Source: an uncultured Gammaproteobacteria bacterium
Lineage (GTDB): Bacteria > Patescibacteriota > Patescibacteriia > SG8-24 > DYFX01
Assembly (NCBI GenBank): GCA_964404275.1
Contig: CAYOJH010000001.1
Location: forward strand, 41,512-105,511
Direction: 5' to 3'
Length of the DNA stretch: 64,000 nt
How positions within the stretch are numbered: the stretch's first letter is position 1; each line of letters begins with the position of its first letter. Both the position numbers and the translations under genes were made by a program. Shown piece after piece: positions 9,156-18,896 of this stretch. The notes below the pieces were generated by a model. The model was given only the letters and a program-made list of their open reading frames with translations. It was not told where the DNA came from and ran no database searches.

Positions 9156-10067
9156 TTATTTCTTCAAATACCTTCGCATCGAAAGCGCGGTGGCGACGAA
9201 GCTCAGGAACGTCACGGCGCCGAATTGGTAGCCGAAAATCTCGAGCCAATGCATTCGATAATAGGCGCCGATCGCCACGTCGGCGTTGAAGAAGGCGCGG
9301 GCCGACGGCTCGATCACGCCGAGCGCCGGAAAGACGAGCGCGGCCACTACGCCGAGGGAAATCAGGTTGAACAGCACCGCTTCGATCAGGAACGGCACGC
9401 GCACGAAATTGCTGGAGGCGCCGACCAGCCGCATGATCGCGATCTCTTCGCGATGGATGTAGATCGAAACGCGGATCGTGTTGAAGACGATGAGCAGCGA
9501 AATCAGCGCGAAGACCAGGCTGAGCGCCAGAGCCGCGCGCTGGACCTTGTTCGTGACGGAGGTGAGTTTTTCGATCAGGGCGCGGTGATCCTCGACGGTT
9601 TTGTCGGTCACGAGGCTCTTGATCGACGGGCTGTCGAGGGCCTGCAGGATCGGGCCGTAGCTGGCGGCGTCCTTCGCTTTGACGACCAGGACCGCGCCGA
9701 GCGGGTTGTCCCCCACTTCCTGAAGCGCGGCCAGGATGGCGGGTTGATCGGCGTGCGTCGTCTTGAATTGCGCGAGTGCCTGGTCGCGCGAGATGAATTC
9801 GACCTCCTTGACTTCCGGCAGCGAGGTCAGCTCGCCGCGCACGCCGAGGATGCGGTCGTCCGAAACGCTCGGCCCGAAATAGACGGAAATGTCGACGCGA
9901 TTCTCGATCACGTGGATGGCGGCGTCGGTGAAGAAATTGACGACGACCAGGAGGTTGAGCGACAAGTACGTCAAGATCAGGATCGAGATCGTCATGAGCG
10001 ACAAGCCCAGATTCCTCCAGAAATCCTTGAGCGCGAACTTGAAGACGCGGGTGAGAGTCGTGAACAT
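9156..10067 (-). CDS. ftsX: Cell division permease FtsX
   Basis: FISRDQAL, NPL, NTIRVSIY.HREEIAIMRLVGA. Confidence 0.93.
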   Translation of the reverse strand: MFTTLTRVFKFALKDFWRNLGLSLMTISILILTYLSLNLLVVVNFFTDAAIHVIENRVDISVYFGPSVSDDRILGVRGELTSLPEVKEVEFISRDQALAQFKTTHADQPAILAALQEVGDNPLGAVLVVKAKDAASYGPILQALDSPSIKSLVTDKTVEDHRALIEKLTSVTNKVQRAALALSLVFALISLLIVFNTIRVSIYIHREEIAIMRLVGASSNFVRVPFLIEAVLFNLISLGVVAALVFPALGVIEPSARAFFNADVAIGAYYRMHWLEIFGYQFGAVTFLSFVATALSMRRYLKK

Positions 10068-10069
10068 GG

Positions 10070-10750
10070 TCAGATCAGGTATTTGCCTTCTTCGTGGTCG
10101 GCGACGATCTCGCCGGCGTGGATCGTCAGCACGCGCTTGCGCAGCGCGTTCACGATCTCGCGGTTGTGGGTGACCATCACGACCGTTGTGCCGAACTCGT
10201 TGATCTTGCGGAAGATGTCGACGATCTCGCCCGTGTGGATCGAGTCGAGGTTGCCGGTCGGCTCGTCGGCCACGATGATCTTCGGACGATGCACGAGCGA
10301 GCGGGCGATCACGACGCGCTGTTGTTCGCCGCCGGAGAGCTGCTCCGGATAGCGCGCCTCCTTGCCGGCCAGGTTGACGATGCGCAGCACGTGCGGCACG
10401 ACTTCGCGGATGCGGCGGCCCGGCACGCCGGCGACTTCAAGAGCGAAGGCCACGTTTTCGAAAACGGTTTTCTTCGGCAGCAATTTGAAATCCTGAAAGA
10501 CGACGCCGATCTGGCGCCGCAAGCCCGGCACGTCCTTGTCGCGGATGCGCCCGATCTCCCAACCGCCGATCGCGAGCGAACCGGAGGTCGGCTTTTCCTC
10601 GGCGATCAGCAATTTCACCAGCGTCGATTTGCCGGTGCCGCTCTGTCCGACGATCGAAACGAATTCGCCGGGACGGATGTGGACGTTGACGTTTTTGACC
10701 CCGACGATGTCGGGACCGTACATCTTCGTGACGTTCTTCAGGCGGATCAT
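10070..10750 (-). CDS. ftsE: Cell division ATPase FtsE
   Basis: GQSGTGKST, IGVVFQDFKLL, LSGGEQQRV, ADEPTGNLD; adjacent to ftsX. Confidence 0.95.
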   Translation of the reverse strand: MIRLKNVTKMYGPDIVGVKNVNVHIRPGEFVSIVGQSGTGKSTLVKLLIAEEKPTSGSLAIGGWEIGRIRDKDVPGLRRQIGVVFQDFKLLPKKTVFENVAFALEVAGVPGRRIREVVPHVLRIVNLAGKEARYPEQLSGGEQQRVVIARSLVHRPKIIVADEPTGNLDSIHTGEIVDIFRKINEFGTTVVMVTHNREIVNALRKRVLTIHAGEIVADHEEGKYLI

Positions 10751-10786
10751 GCGGCCAGTATAGCACACCGGCCGCCCCGCCCGCCC

Positions 10787-12394
10787 TTACAGCCCCGAAA
10801 CGCTGACGCTTTTTACGCGCATATTCGCGATTCCCGCCTCCTGATTCCAGACCCGGAGCGCGATGCCGCCGGTCCGAAAGACGGGCTCGGTCGCCTTGCC
10901 GCTCACGACCAGCTTCCCGTTCGCGTAGCAGCTGGCCGTCGCGCCTTTGACGTCCATGCGGAAGGTCGCGTCGCTCTTGGAACCCGAGAACGCGTAAGGC
11001 GCGGTGGCGATATTGGTTTGCGCGTCCTGGACGTGGCGTTCGAGAGTCGCTTGCGCATCGGAGAAATCGCAGGCCAAGAATGTCGCGCCGTCCTGACGCC
11101 GCGCGACCAAGGACACGTCGGTGCCGGCGATCCAATCGACGTTCGCCGTGAAGGAATAGTCTTTCCAAAGCTGCGCGCCGTTCAAGGCCGCCTCCGCGCC
11201 ATTCGTGGTCGAAGGCGCGCTGAGCGAAAGCGTGCCGTTCGATTGGATCGTGCCCCAGGTGCCGACCCACTCCTGTCCGAAGCTGCTGCTGCGATACGGC
11301 AGGTCTTTCACGCGGCTGGCATCCAAAATATCCAGCAACGCTTTTCCGCTGCCGAGCGTGCCGGGCTCGAACCGCTTGATCATGATCTGCGACGGATCGG
11401 CGTAATTGAACGCGTCGCCGTGGCTCGGCCACGTCTGGTAAAAGGCGAAGGTGTAGATGGACGGCACGACCCGCGCGATGATCGCCTGCGCGTCGGGGAA
11501 ATTCAGCGTGTCCTGTCCGAAGTCGTTGAACGGATAGGCGTAGCCGATCACGGATTGGCCGAAATCCTTTTCAAGCGTTTGCTTGGAAAGCGTCAGATCG
11601 TTCGTGATGCGTGTCGTGAATTCGTCCGCCGTTTCCAAACGACCCGCCTTCGGCAGCCAGAACAGATTGCTCAAGAAGTGGCCTTTGGCCGTCGCGCCGC
11701 TCGAGGTGCGAATGTCGTACATCCGGTGATCCTCTTTGCCATGGGATTCGAGATCCCATCGGCCGCTCTCTGCCATCGTCCGCAGCTCGTCTTTCGAAAG
11801 ATAGAAATTCGCAGGGACGCTGGAGGGATCGTCCGGCATCGAGAAGCCGGTGATATCGAACATGACCGCCGTGTCGCCGAGCTGCTTCAGCACGGGATCG
11901 ACGGGACCGAAGGTGTCCTTTCTGCCGTCATCGAAGGTCAGCATGAACGATTTGTCCGGCAGCTTGGCGCCGTTTTTCATGAAGGCCTTGAGCTGGGCCA
12001 TCGTAATCGTCCGCCAGCCGTCGGCCTTGAGCGCGCACATCTGGTCGACGAAGACCGAGAGCGGTGTCTGCCCTTCCTCATTGCCTTCCCCGTGATAGAG
12101 GAAGACCGGGATGGAGCGCGCGAATCCGATCGGCGGCGCGATCGCCGGAACGTCGGGACAGAGCGGCGAAGGCAGCGGCGGGACGACGATCGGCGTCGCG
12201 GGCGCTTCCGGTTCGGCCGCGACGCCGCCGGACGTGCCGCTGGCGCCCTCACCGACGGCGGCGCCCGGCGTTCCCGTGGCGCTGGACCCGACCGGCGATC
12301 CGCTCGGATTCGACCGGCGCATTGCGACGATGACGCCTCCGACAATGAGGATGGCTCCCAGGACGGCAGTGATGATTTTCGTTGAAGTGCGCAT
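10787..12394 (-). CDS. Membrane-anchored polysaccharide deacetylase (IcaB/PgaB-like) with C-terminal beta-sandwich domain
   Basis: N-terminal TM, PVFLYH, LTFDDG, ESHG..H, YAYPFND. Confidence 0.85.
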   Translation of the reverse strand: MRTSTKIITAVLGAILIVGGVIVAMRRSNPSGSPVGSSATGTPGAAVGEGASGTSGGVAAEPEAPATPIVVPPLPSPLCPDVPAIAPPIGFARSIPVFLYHGEGNEEGQTPLSVFVDQMCALKADGWRTITMAQLKAFMKNGAKLPDKSFMLTFDDGRKDTFGPVDPVLKQLGDTAVMFDITGFSMPDDPSSVPANFYLSKDELRTMAESGRWDLESHGKEDHRMYDIRTSSGATAKGHFLSNLFWLPKAGRLETADEFTTRITNDLTLSKQTLEKDFGQSVIGYAYPFNDFGQDTLNFPDAQAIIARVVPSIYTFAFYQTWPSHGDAFNYADPSQIMIKRFEPGTLGSGKALLDILDASRVKDLPYRSSSFGQEWVGTWGTIQSNGTLSLSAPSTTNGAEAALNGAQLWKDYSFTANVDWIAGTDVSLVARRQDGATFLACDFSDAQATLERHVQDAQTNIATAPYAFSGSKSDATFRMDVKGATASCYANGKLVVSGKATEPVFRTGGIALRVWNQEAGIANMRVKSVSVSGL

Positions 12395-12438
12395 ACGTCT
12401 GGCTGAGACGGCGAATCGAGCCTCCGCTTACATTCGGC

Positions 12439-12469
12439 AAAAAAACCTGACGGAATGTCAGGTTTTTTT
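12439..12469. terminator. Bidirectional terminator after tRNA-Thr
   Basis: A7-CCTGAC-5nt-GTCAGG-T tract. Confidence 0.85.
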
Positions 12470-12545
12470 TGGAGCCACCTCGGGGAATCGAACCCCGGAC
12501 CTTTGCTTTACGAAAGCACTGCTCTACCGGCTGAGCTAAGGTGGC
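12470..12545 (-). tRNA. tRNA-Thr(CGT)
   Basis: GCCACCTTAGCTCAG...TT-CGT-AA...GGTTCGATTCC...GGTGGCTCCA. Confidence 0.95.
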
Positions 12546-12546
12546 G

Positions 12547-12620
12547 TGGAGCGGGTAACGGGAATCGAACCCGTCTCTCAACCTTGGGAAGGTCGCATAC
12601 TACCGATGTACGATACCCGC
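12547..12620 (-). tRNA. tRNA-Gly(CCC)
   Basis: GCGGGTA...TT-CCC-AA...GGTTCGATTCC...TACCCGCTCCA; 1 nt from tRNA-Thr. Confidence 0.95.
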
Positions 12621-12663
12621 GCGGTCGAGCGCGCGTCAAGGGTACCGGATGCGCCCGGAAACA

Positions 12664-13647
12664 TCAATGCACGAAGATCACGATCGAGGCGGTTTTCCGC
12701 TGCGCTTCCAGATAATCGTCGAGTTGGATGGGACGGATCAGGATTTCTTCGAGCTGGACCTTCATGACCTGACCGTTTGCTTCCTGGCGCGCGGTCACGC
12801 GCAGCACGTGATAGCCGAGCGCGCTCTTCACGACGCCGCTCGTTTCGCCCGGCTTGAGCGCGAAAGCGGCCGCTTCGACTTCGGGCGGCAGAAGACCACG
12901 ACCGATCATCCCGCGTTCGCCGCCGGTCGCGGCGGCTTCCGGATCCTCGCTGTAGGCCAAGGCGACGTCGCGGAACGGCTTGCCGGCCTCAAGCTCGGCC
13001 AGCGCGGCTTCGGCTTTCTTTTTCTTTTCGGCGTTGAGCGCGTCGTCATTCCGCAGTGCCTGCGCGAGTTTCTGGCGGATCAGGAACGGATAGAGCACGC
13101 TGTTCTGGAATTCCGAAGGCCGGAGGCCGTAGAGCTGCAGCAGGGTGTTCGCGGCCTGGGCTTCGGCCTTGGCTTTGCCGGTGGCCGTGCCGAGCGAAGC
13201 CTGATCCAGGATCGTCGTGTCGTAGGCTTTCTTCACTTCGTCGCTCGTGACGGTCACGTGGTAGCGGTCGGCCAGCGAAAACGCCAGCTGATCCTTGATC
13301 AGGCGGTCGAGCACGCGCGACGTGATTTCGGCCTTCGTCGGAAAGACGGAGCCGGGCGCGGCCTGCTGCCGCTGATCATCGTAAAATTTTTGGAGCACCG
13401 CGACGTCGTCCTGGAAATCGGAGTAGCGGATGACGCGTCCCTCGACGATCGCCGCCGGATACGGCAGCACCTTGGTGACGACTTCCGCCACGCCGCCATG
13501 CCATTGGTAGCGGTACAAACCGAAACCGAAGAGCGCCAGCAGGATCGCCAGCGCGGCGGCCGCGATCCAGGCCGCGCGGCGGCGCGTCGGCTTTTTAGAG
13601 GGCGGCGGAAGGGGCGGGTTGGTTGTCGCTGGTGCGGGAGCGGGCAT
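12664..13647 (-). CDS. SurA/PrsA-like parvulin peptidyl-prolyl isomerase
   Basis: TM anchor, SurA-N-like region, F..VA..YSED, GGERG, VKSALGYHVL. Confidence 0.88.
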   Translation of the reverse strand: MPAPAPATTNPPLPPPSKKPTRRRAAWIAAAALAILLALFGFGLYRYQWHGGVAEVVTKVLPYPAAIVEGRVIRYSDFQDDVAVLQKFYDDQRQQAAPGSVFPTKAEITSRVLDRLIKDQLAFSLADRYHVTVTSDEVKKAYDTTILDQASLGTATGKAKAEAQAANTLLQLYGLRPSEFQNSVLYPFLIRQKLAQALRNDDALNAEKKKKAEAALAELEAGKPFRDVALAYSEDPEAAATGGERGMIGRGLLPPEVEAAAFALKPGETSGVVKSALGYHVLRVTARQEANGQVMKVQLEEILIRPIQLDDYLEAQRKTASIVIFVH

Positions 13648-14047
13648 AGTCTTCAAAAGCGCGGGGATCGGCGAAATACATCCACCATTTCTTGGCGTTC
13701 GACCACCCTTCGCCGGGGCTTCGGGCGGCGGGCCCTGACGCCGCGGGAGCGGGCACGGCTTTGGTCAGGACGACGACGTGTTCGCCTTCTTTCTGCAGGC
13801 CGAGCTTCATGCGCGCTTCGCGCTCGATGAACTCCCCGCTTTCCAAGGAGGTCTGCAGCGAGGAGATTTGGAAATTCCGCACGCGCAAGCCGTCCGCCTC
13901 GTTTTTCAGATCGCGGATTTCGAGATCGATCTGACGCGCGCGCAGCGTTTCGCTCACGAAACCGGCGCCGGCGAGCAGCGAGGCGGCGGCCAGTCCGGCC
14001 ACCAGCCAGCCCAGGCGGCGTTCGGGAGAGACGGTCTTCGTGCGCAT
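13595..14047 (-). CDS. Septum formation initiator (DivIC/FtsB/FtsL-like)
   Basis: TM, coiled coil, EREARMKLGLQKEGE. Confidence 0.8.
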   Translation of the reverse strand: MRTKTVSPERRLGWLVAGLAAASLLAGAGFVSETLRARQIDLEIRDLKNEADGLRVRNFQISSLQTSLESGEFIEREARMKLGLQKEGEHVVVLTKAVPAPAASGPAARSPGEGWSNAKKWWMYFADPRAFEDYARSRTSDNQPAPSAAL

Positions 14048-14063
14048 AGGCGCCTCAATCCTA

Positions 14064-14669
14064 TCACGCGCGGTCCTCGGGAGGAAGGAGCCGGATCGTG
14101 CGGTCGATTTCGGATTTCAGCAGTCCGAGCTGGCGCGCGTCCAGCTTGGAGACCGATTGCAAAACGTCGCCGAAGCCGCCATGGGTTCCGCTTTGGAGCT
14201 CGTTGATCAGATCCTGAAGCCGATGCGGGCCGGGGATGTTTTCCATCGTCAGCGGATCCTCGTTGCCGGCCGACTCGATGAGCAGCGTGCCGTAGCGGAA
14301 GAGCGTCGGAAACAATCCGTGCACGCGATATGAAACGCGCTGGATCCGGGAATACGGCATCTCCGCCACGTGCCGGTCGAACACGCCGTGCTGATGCACG
14401 AGGATCAGGCGGCGCTCGGTGACGGCCAGGAACGAGCCCTGCCAATCCCACCAGACGCGCGAAGCGATCGAAAGTGCCACGAGCAGCGACAGGCCGATCA
14501 GCACGTAGCCGATCGTCGCCAGGCGCAAGAGCGGCACCAGGAAGACGAATGGCGCGAGCGCGAAAACGGCCGTGGCCAAGCCCGGCAGGAACAGCGTGAC
14601 AGCCGCGCGCCGCGCCACGGCCAGCAGCGTTTCGTCGTCTTTCAATCCGAGGCGTCGTTCCAGATTCAT
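14064..14669 (-). CDS. Bacterial PH domain membrane protein
   Basis: Two TMs, VTERRLI, IQRVSY..G...TLFRYGTLLIESAG. Confidence 0.8.
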   Translation of the reverse strand: MNLERRLGLKDDETLLAVARRAAVTLFLPGLATAVFALAPFVFLVPLLRLATIGYVLIGLSLLVALSIASRVWWDWQGSFLAVTERRLILVHQHGVFDRHVAEMPYSRIQRVSYRVHGLFPTLFRYGTLLIESAGNEDPLTMENIPGPHRLQDLINELQSGTHGGFGDVLQSVSKLDARQLGLLKSEIDRTIRLLPPEDRA

Positions 14670-14673
14670 GCGC

Positions 14674-16023
14674 TCATTGTAGCTTGCCGAGCCGCCGTCG
14701 CACCAGTTCGCGAGCGACCTTCCGTTCGTCCCAGGGCGTCATCTTGCCCCCGCGGCCGACGATCGCCTGTTCGGCGCCTTTGCCGGTCAAGAGCACGACG
14801 TCGCCCGTTCCGGCCAGCGCGATCGCTTTTTCGACGGCGGCGCGCCGGTCGTCGATCTTGAACAGCGTTTCGCCTTCTTTTTTTCCGGCTTCGATCGCGC
14901 CGGCGGCGACCTGTTCGATGATCATGCGCGGATCGTCGTCGTACGGATCCTCATTAGTGACGATCGCGATGTCGGCGTGCTCTCCGGCCAGGCGCCCCAG
15001 GATCGGGCGACGCGCGACGTCGCGTCCCCCGCCCGCCGAGCCGAGCACGTGGATGATGTTCCGATGCGGGAGGCGTTCCACTGCCGCGTAGACCTGGCGG
15101 AGGGATTCCGGCTCCGGCGCGTAATCGACGATGATCGCGAAGTCCTGGCCTTCGTCGATCCGTTCGAAGCGTCCGGGCACGTTGTCGACTTTGGCGAGCG
15201 CCTTGGCCATCGTGTCGAGCGGGATCCCTTGCGAAAGGCCGACCGAAATCGCCGCCAGCGCGTTCAGCACGTTGTAGCGTCCCGGCATCTTGATCTCGAA
15301 ACGCGTTTCGCGGACGACGAAACTCGAGCCTTCCGGATTCAGCCGCAGATCGAGCGCCTTGACGATCGCCATCGGCCAGACGACCGCGCCGGGCGGCTTG
15401 TCCGCGCCGTCGGCCAGGAAGCCGTATTTCTTGTCAGCCGCCGCGCCGAGGAAATCCAGCGCGTGTTCCGATTCCAAATTCGCGACGATCGTTTTTTTGA
15501 CGTCGCCGCGCATCGGCAGCGTCTTGCGGCCGCGCTTCGTCAGATGGCGGAAGAGCCTCAATTTGGCGTTCTTGTAATTCGAGAATCCGCCGTGCGCTTC
15601 GATATGCTCGGGAGTGAGATTCGTGAAGACAGCGACGTCGACTTCGATCCCGAGATGGCGGAATTGATCGAGGCCTTGCGAAGAGGTCTCGATCACGGCG
15701 TAGCGGCAGCCGGCTTCGGCCATGCGATGCAGCGTCTTCTGCAGGAAGAAGCGGCCCGGCATCGTCATTTTCTTCTCGTTCAGGACGTCATGCCCGGCGA
15801 TGCGAAAATTCACGGTCGAGGTCAGCCCGACCTTCTCCCCTGCTTCTTCCAAGATCCGCGCGATCAAATTGACCGTTGTGGTCTTCCCGTTGGTGCCGGT
15901 GACGCCGATCACGACCATCCGGCGCGACGGCCAGGCGTACCAAGCGGCCGCCAGATAGGCCAGCGCCCAATGGTAGGCTTGAAGCAGCGGCTTCGGCACG
16001 AATTTTTTGACGGAAGACAGCAT
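14674..16023 (-). CDS. murE: UDP-MurNAc-tripeptide synthetase MurE
   Basis: GVTGTNGKTT, ETSSQG, FTNLTPEHIEAH, VPGRFE, GGGRD, GKGAE. Confidence 0.92.
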   Translation of the reverse strand: MLSSVKKFVPKPLLQAYHWALAYLAAAWYAWPSRRMVVIGVTGTNGKTTTVNLIARILEEAGEKVGLTSTVNFRIAGHDVLNEKKMTMPGRFFLQKTLHRMAEAGCRYAVIETSSQGLDQFRHLGIEVDVAVFTNLTPEHIEAHGGFSNYKNAKLRLFRHLTKRGRKTLPMRGDVKKTIVANLESEHALDFLGAAADKKYGFLADGADKPPGAVVWPMAIVKALDLRLNPEGSSFVVRETRFEIKMPGRYNVLNALAAISVGLSQGIPLDTMAKALAKVDNVPGRFERIDEGQDFAIIVDYAPEPESLRQVYAAVERLPHRNIIHVLGSAGGGRDVARRPILGRLAGEHADIAIVTNEDPYDDDPRMIIEQVAAGAIEAGKKEGETLFKIDDRRAAVEKAIALAGTGDVVLLTGKGAEQAIVGRGGKMTPWDERKVARELVRRRLGKLQ

Positions 16024-16117
16024 AGATACGTTCGGAAGCATAACCGTGAGTGGCGCAAATGTCGAATATCGTTTACGCTGTGGAAACAACCGCCCCCGAA
16101 CTATCGACGCCTTCATC

Positions 16118-17137
16118 ATGGAGCCGACGGCAAAGAGCAGGTTTTTTATTTTTTGGGCTTTGGCCTTCCTCGCGGCCGGCTTCGGGCTTGGATTTGTCGT
16201 CTGGGGTCCGATCCTGAATCTCGATCGCCTGGCGGCCGAAAAGAAAGGCTGCTCCTCGCATTACGCCTTCGTGAATCCGGAGCCCGATTGCGACACGCTG
16301 GTCGCGACCATCAGCCGCTTGCAGAAAGCCCAAGCCGACGCGAGCGCGCAGATCGACCTGATGCTCCGCGACGGCAAGGCCAAAAGGATTTCCGTTTTTT
16401 CGAGAGACCTCAAGACGTTTCGCTACGTCAGCGTGAACGAGCAGGATGCGTACGAACCGGCTTCCCTCCTGAAAGTTCCGCTGATGGTGGCGTATGACAA
16501 GCTGTCGGAAGTCGAGCCCGACGCGCTTTCGAAAAGCGTGACGATCGGCGATCAGGATTTGAACGGCGCCGAGGAGCTCGCCAACGCCGATCCCATGCTG
16601 TTGTCCAAGCCCGGGCAGTCCTACACGGTCGAGAACCTGATCGAACGGATGATCAAGTACTCCGACAACAACGCCACCGACGCCCTGTACAAAAACATCG
16701 ATCCCGCCTTTCTCGAACGGGTCTTGATGGATCTCGGCATCAGGATTCCCAAGCAGAACAGCATGGAGAACCGCGACTTCGTCAACACGAAAAGCTTCGC
16801 CGCAATCTTTCGAATGCTTTATAATTCTTCGTACCTCAGTCGCGATCTTTCCGAAAAGGCTTTGAGGCTCATGTCGCAAACCACGTTCGCCAAAGGCGCG
16901 CGTTCCGTCCTGCCGGACACGGTGATCGAAAAATACGGCGAACGCAGCGTCTTCGACCAGACCGGCGCGCTCCTCAATCGCGAGCTGAACGAGTGCGGCA
17001 TCGTCTATCCCAAGAGCGGGCCGTACACGTTCTGCATTTTCACGGAGGGCGGCAACTATATCGATCTGGTCGGCGTCATCCAAACGCTTTCAAAAACGCT
17101 CTACACGGACGAAACGAATGGGGGGGGTAATGGCTAG
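16118..17137 (+). CDS. Class A beta-lactamase-like serine hydrolase, membrane anchored
   Basis: ASLLK (SxxK), SDN, KYG motifs; N-terminal TM. Confidence 0.85.
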   Translation: MEPTAKSRFFIFWALAFLAAGFGLGFVVWGPILNLDRLAAEKKGCSSHYAFVNPEPDCDTLVATISRLQKAQADASAQIDLMLRDGKAKRISVFSRDLKTFRYVSVNEQDAYEPASLLKVPLMVAYDKLSEVEPDALSKSVTIGDQDLNGAEELANADPMLLSKPGQSYTVENLIERMIKYSDNNATDALYKNIDPAFLERVLMDLGIRIPKQNSMENRDFVNTKSFAAIFRMLYNSSYLSRDLSEKALRLMSQTTFAKGARSVLPDTVIEKYGERSVFDQTGALLNRELNECGIVYPKSGPYTFCIFTEGGNYIDLVGVIQTLSKTLYTDETNGGGNG

Positions 17138-18825
17138 GATGCCATGAGTTGCAGGCCCTGCGAGGTCGTGCGGACCGGCACGCCGTTCGTTTTCAGATAA
17201 TCGACGATTTGTTGGAACAGGGCCGGCGTGATGGCCGTCGACTCCCCGCTCGCATCGACGTGATGGAAGACGAGGATCAGCCAAAGTTTTTGGGCGCGAG
17301 CCTGCTGCACCCATGTTTCGATCTGCGTCAGCGTCGTGCCGGACTCGACCGGTTCGCGCTTGAGCTGATAGCTATTGCCGTTTTTGGCGTTGAACCCGCC
17401 GTCCGACGTCCGAGCGCCCGCGAAACCGGATTGCTGAACGATCGCCGTCGTCGAGGCGTCGTACGCGCCGAACGGAAACGCGAACGTGCTGACCGGCATG
17501 ATGCCGAGATCGAGCAGATCCTGCCGCGAACCGGCGATCTCCGTCCGCTTGTCGGCATCGGAGAGCGTCGTCAGGTCGGGATGCGTCCGCGTGTGCGCGC
17601 CGATCTCGTGCCCGCGATGATACATGTCGACCGTTTCGGTTTGGTTGACGTAGCCCGAGAACGAGAAACGCCCGGTGATGATGTATTGCGTGCTCTTGAA
17701 GCCCGCCGCGTCCAGGATCGGGATGGCGTTCTGATACGTCGTCTTCCAGCCGTCGTCGAAATTCAGCGAGACGAAGCCTTCGGAGAAGGTTCCCGTCGCG
17801 TCGCCGCTTCCCTGCTTCAAGGAAAAGGCGTCCACCCGCAAGACGCCGACGGCATTGATCAGATGGAAGACGGTGACCGCGACGGCATTCGACGGCGTCG
17901 TGAACGTCTTTTGGAAAGAAGCCCAGGTCGAGGAGGTCGCCGGAGCGCCGATATCGATCCACGCGTAACTGCCGTCCGACAGCCGGTATTGCGCCGTCAC
18001 ATGGCTGCCGATCGAACTTTGATACTGATCGGAAAAGGTGTACGTCGTCGCGCCGGAAATCGGCACTTCATTGAAATACCACTTGGCGTCGCCGCTCGTC
18101 CGCTGCGTCAGTTCGACCTCCGCCGCTCTGGCGCCGTCGATGCCGGCGACCGGGTAGCGGAAGATCGCCGTGTTCGCGCCCCAGCGGCCGGCCGCCCAGG
18201 AGCTCGGCGCGGAGCCCGTTTGATTCTCAAGGGAAGGGTTCGGCACAAGATTGCTGTCCGGCAGCTCCTGCCGCAGGGAAATGTCATCGATGCGCAAGAC
18301 GCCGACCGCGTTGATCAGATGGAAGACGGTCGCGGCGGTGGCGTTGGCCGGCGCCGTGAAGGTCGTCTGGACCATCGACCAGTTCGCGGCGGCCGCGGGC
18401 GTCACCAGATCGACCCAGCTGTTCGTGCCGTCGGACAGGCGGTACTGCACGGTCACGTAGGTGTCGATGTTCGATTCGTACTGGTCGGCATACGTGTAGG
18501 TCGCGCCGCCGGAGATCGGCACCTCATTGAAATACCACTTGGCGTCGCCGCTCGCGCGCGAAGTCAATTGAACTTCGGCGGCGCTGCCGGCTTCGACGCC
18601 GGAAACGGGATAGCGGAAAACGGCGGCGTTCGTCCCCCAACGGCCCGCTGTCCAAGAAGCCGGCGCGGAACCGCTTTGCGTTTCGAGCGAGGCGTTCGGC
18701 ACAAGGTTCGGCCCCTCGGCTGCGCGAGCGGCATGGGCGCCCGAAAGTCCGGCGAAGAGACAAAGAAGGAGAAAAGCGTACGTGAAAAGCGTGCGTCGCG
18801 CGAACGACGCGGAAGGCATCATCAT
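17134..18825 (-). CDS. Secreted polysaccharide deacetylase with two tandem CBM-like domains
   Basis: Signal peptide; repeats starting NLVPN with a 456-nt period; FDDG, HEIGAHTRTHPDL, FAFPFG. Confidence 0.88.
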   Translation of the reverse strand: MMMPSASFARRTLFTYAFLLLCLFAGLSGAHAARAAEGPNLVPNASLETQSGSAPASWTAGRWGTNAAVFRYPVSGVEAGSAAEVQLTSRASGDAKWYFNEVPISGGATYTYADQYESNIDTYVTVQYRLSDGTNSWVDLVTPAAAANWSMVQTTFTAPANATAATVFHLINAVGVLRIDDISLRQELPDSNLVPNPSLENQTGSAPSSWAAGRWGANTAIFRYPVAGIDGARAAEVELTQRTSGDAKWYFNEVPISGATTYTFSDQYQSSIGSHVTAQYRLSDGSYAWIDIGAPATSSTWASFQKTFTTPSNAVAVTVFHLINAVGVLRVDAFSLKQGSGDATGTFSEGFVSLNFDDGWKTTYQNAIPILDAAGFKSTQYIITGRFSFSGYVNQTETVDMYHRGHEIGAHTRTHPDLTTLSDADKRTEIAGSRQDLLDLGIMPVSTFAFPFGAYDASTTAIVQQSGFAGARTSDGGFNAKNGNSYQLKREPVESGTTLTQIETWVQQARAQKLWLILVFHHVDASGESTAITPALFQQIVDYLKTNGVPVRTTSQGLQLMAS

Positions 18826-18896
18826 AGGAAGCGATCAAAAATGGCGTGGCATCCAGCCTAGACGGATGCCGGAACCGGAATATTACGGCCCTCGCC

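Noticed and set aside
10094-12385. Long antisense ORFs (also 35239-37554, 40911-43277, 54036-56291 and others)
   Set aside because: Shadow frames of recognisable genes in high-GC DNA; Arg/Ala-rich with no motifs.
13595-13647. Gene overlaps as frameshift or pseudogene signs (also 21000-21025 and 43864-43894)
   Set aside because: Both partners are full length with intact motifs, so the overlaps reflect compaction.
16118-17137. Bona fide antibiotic-resistance beta-lactamase
   Set aside because: KYG rather than KTG, no clear Glu166 omega-loop motif, and membrane anchored beside mur genes; more likely a peptidoglycan-related hydrolase.
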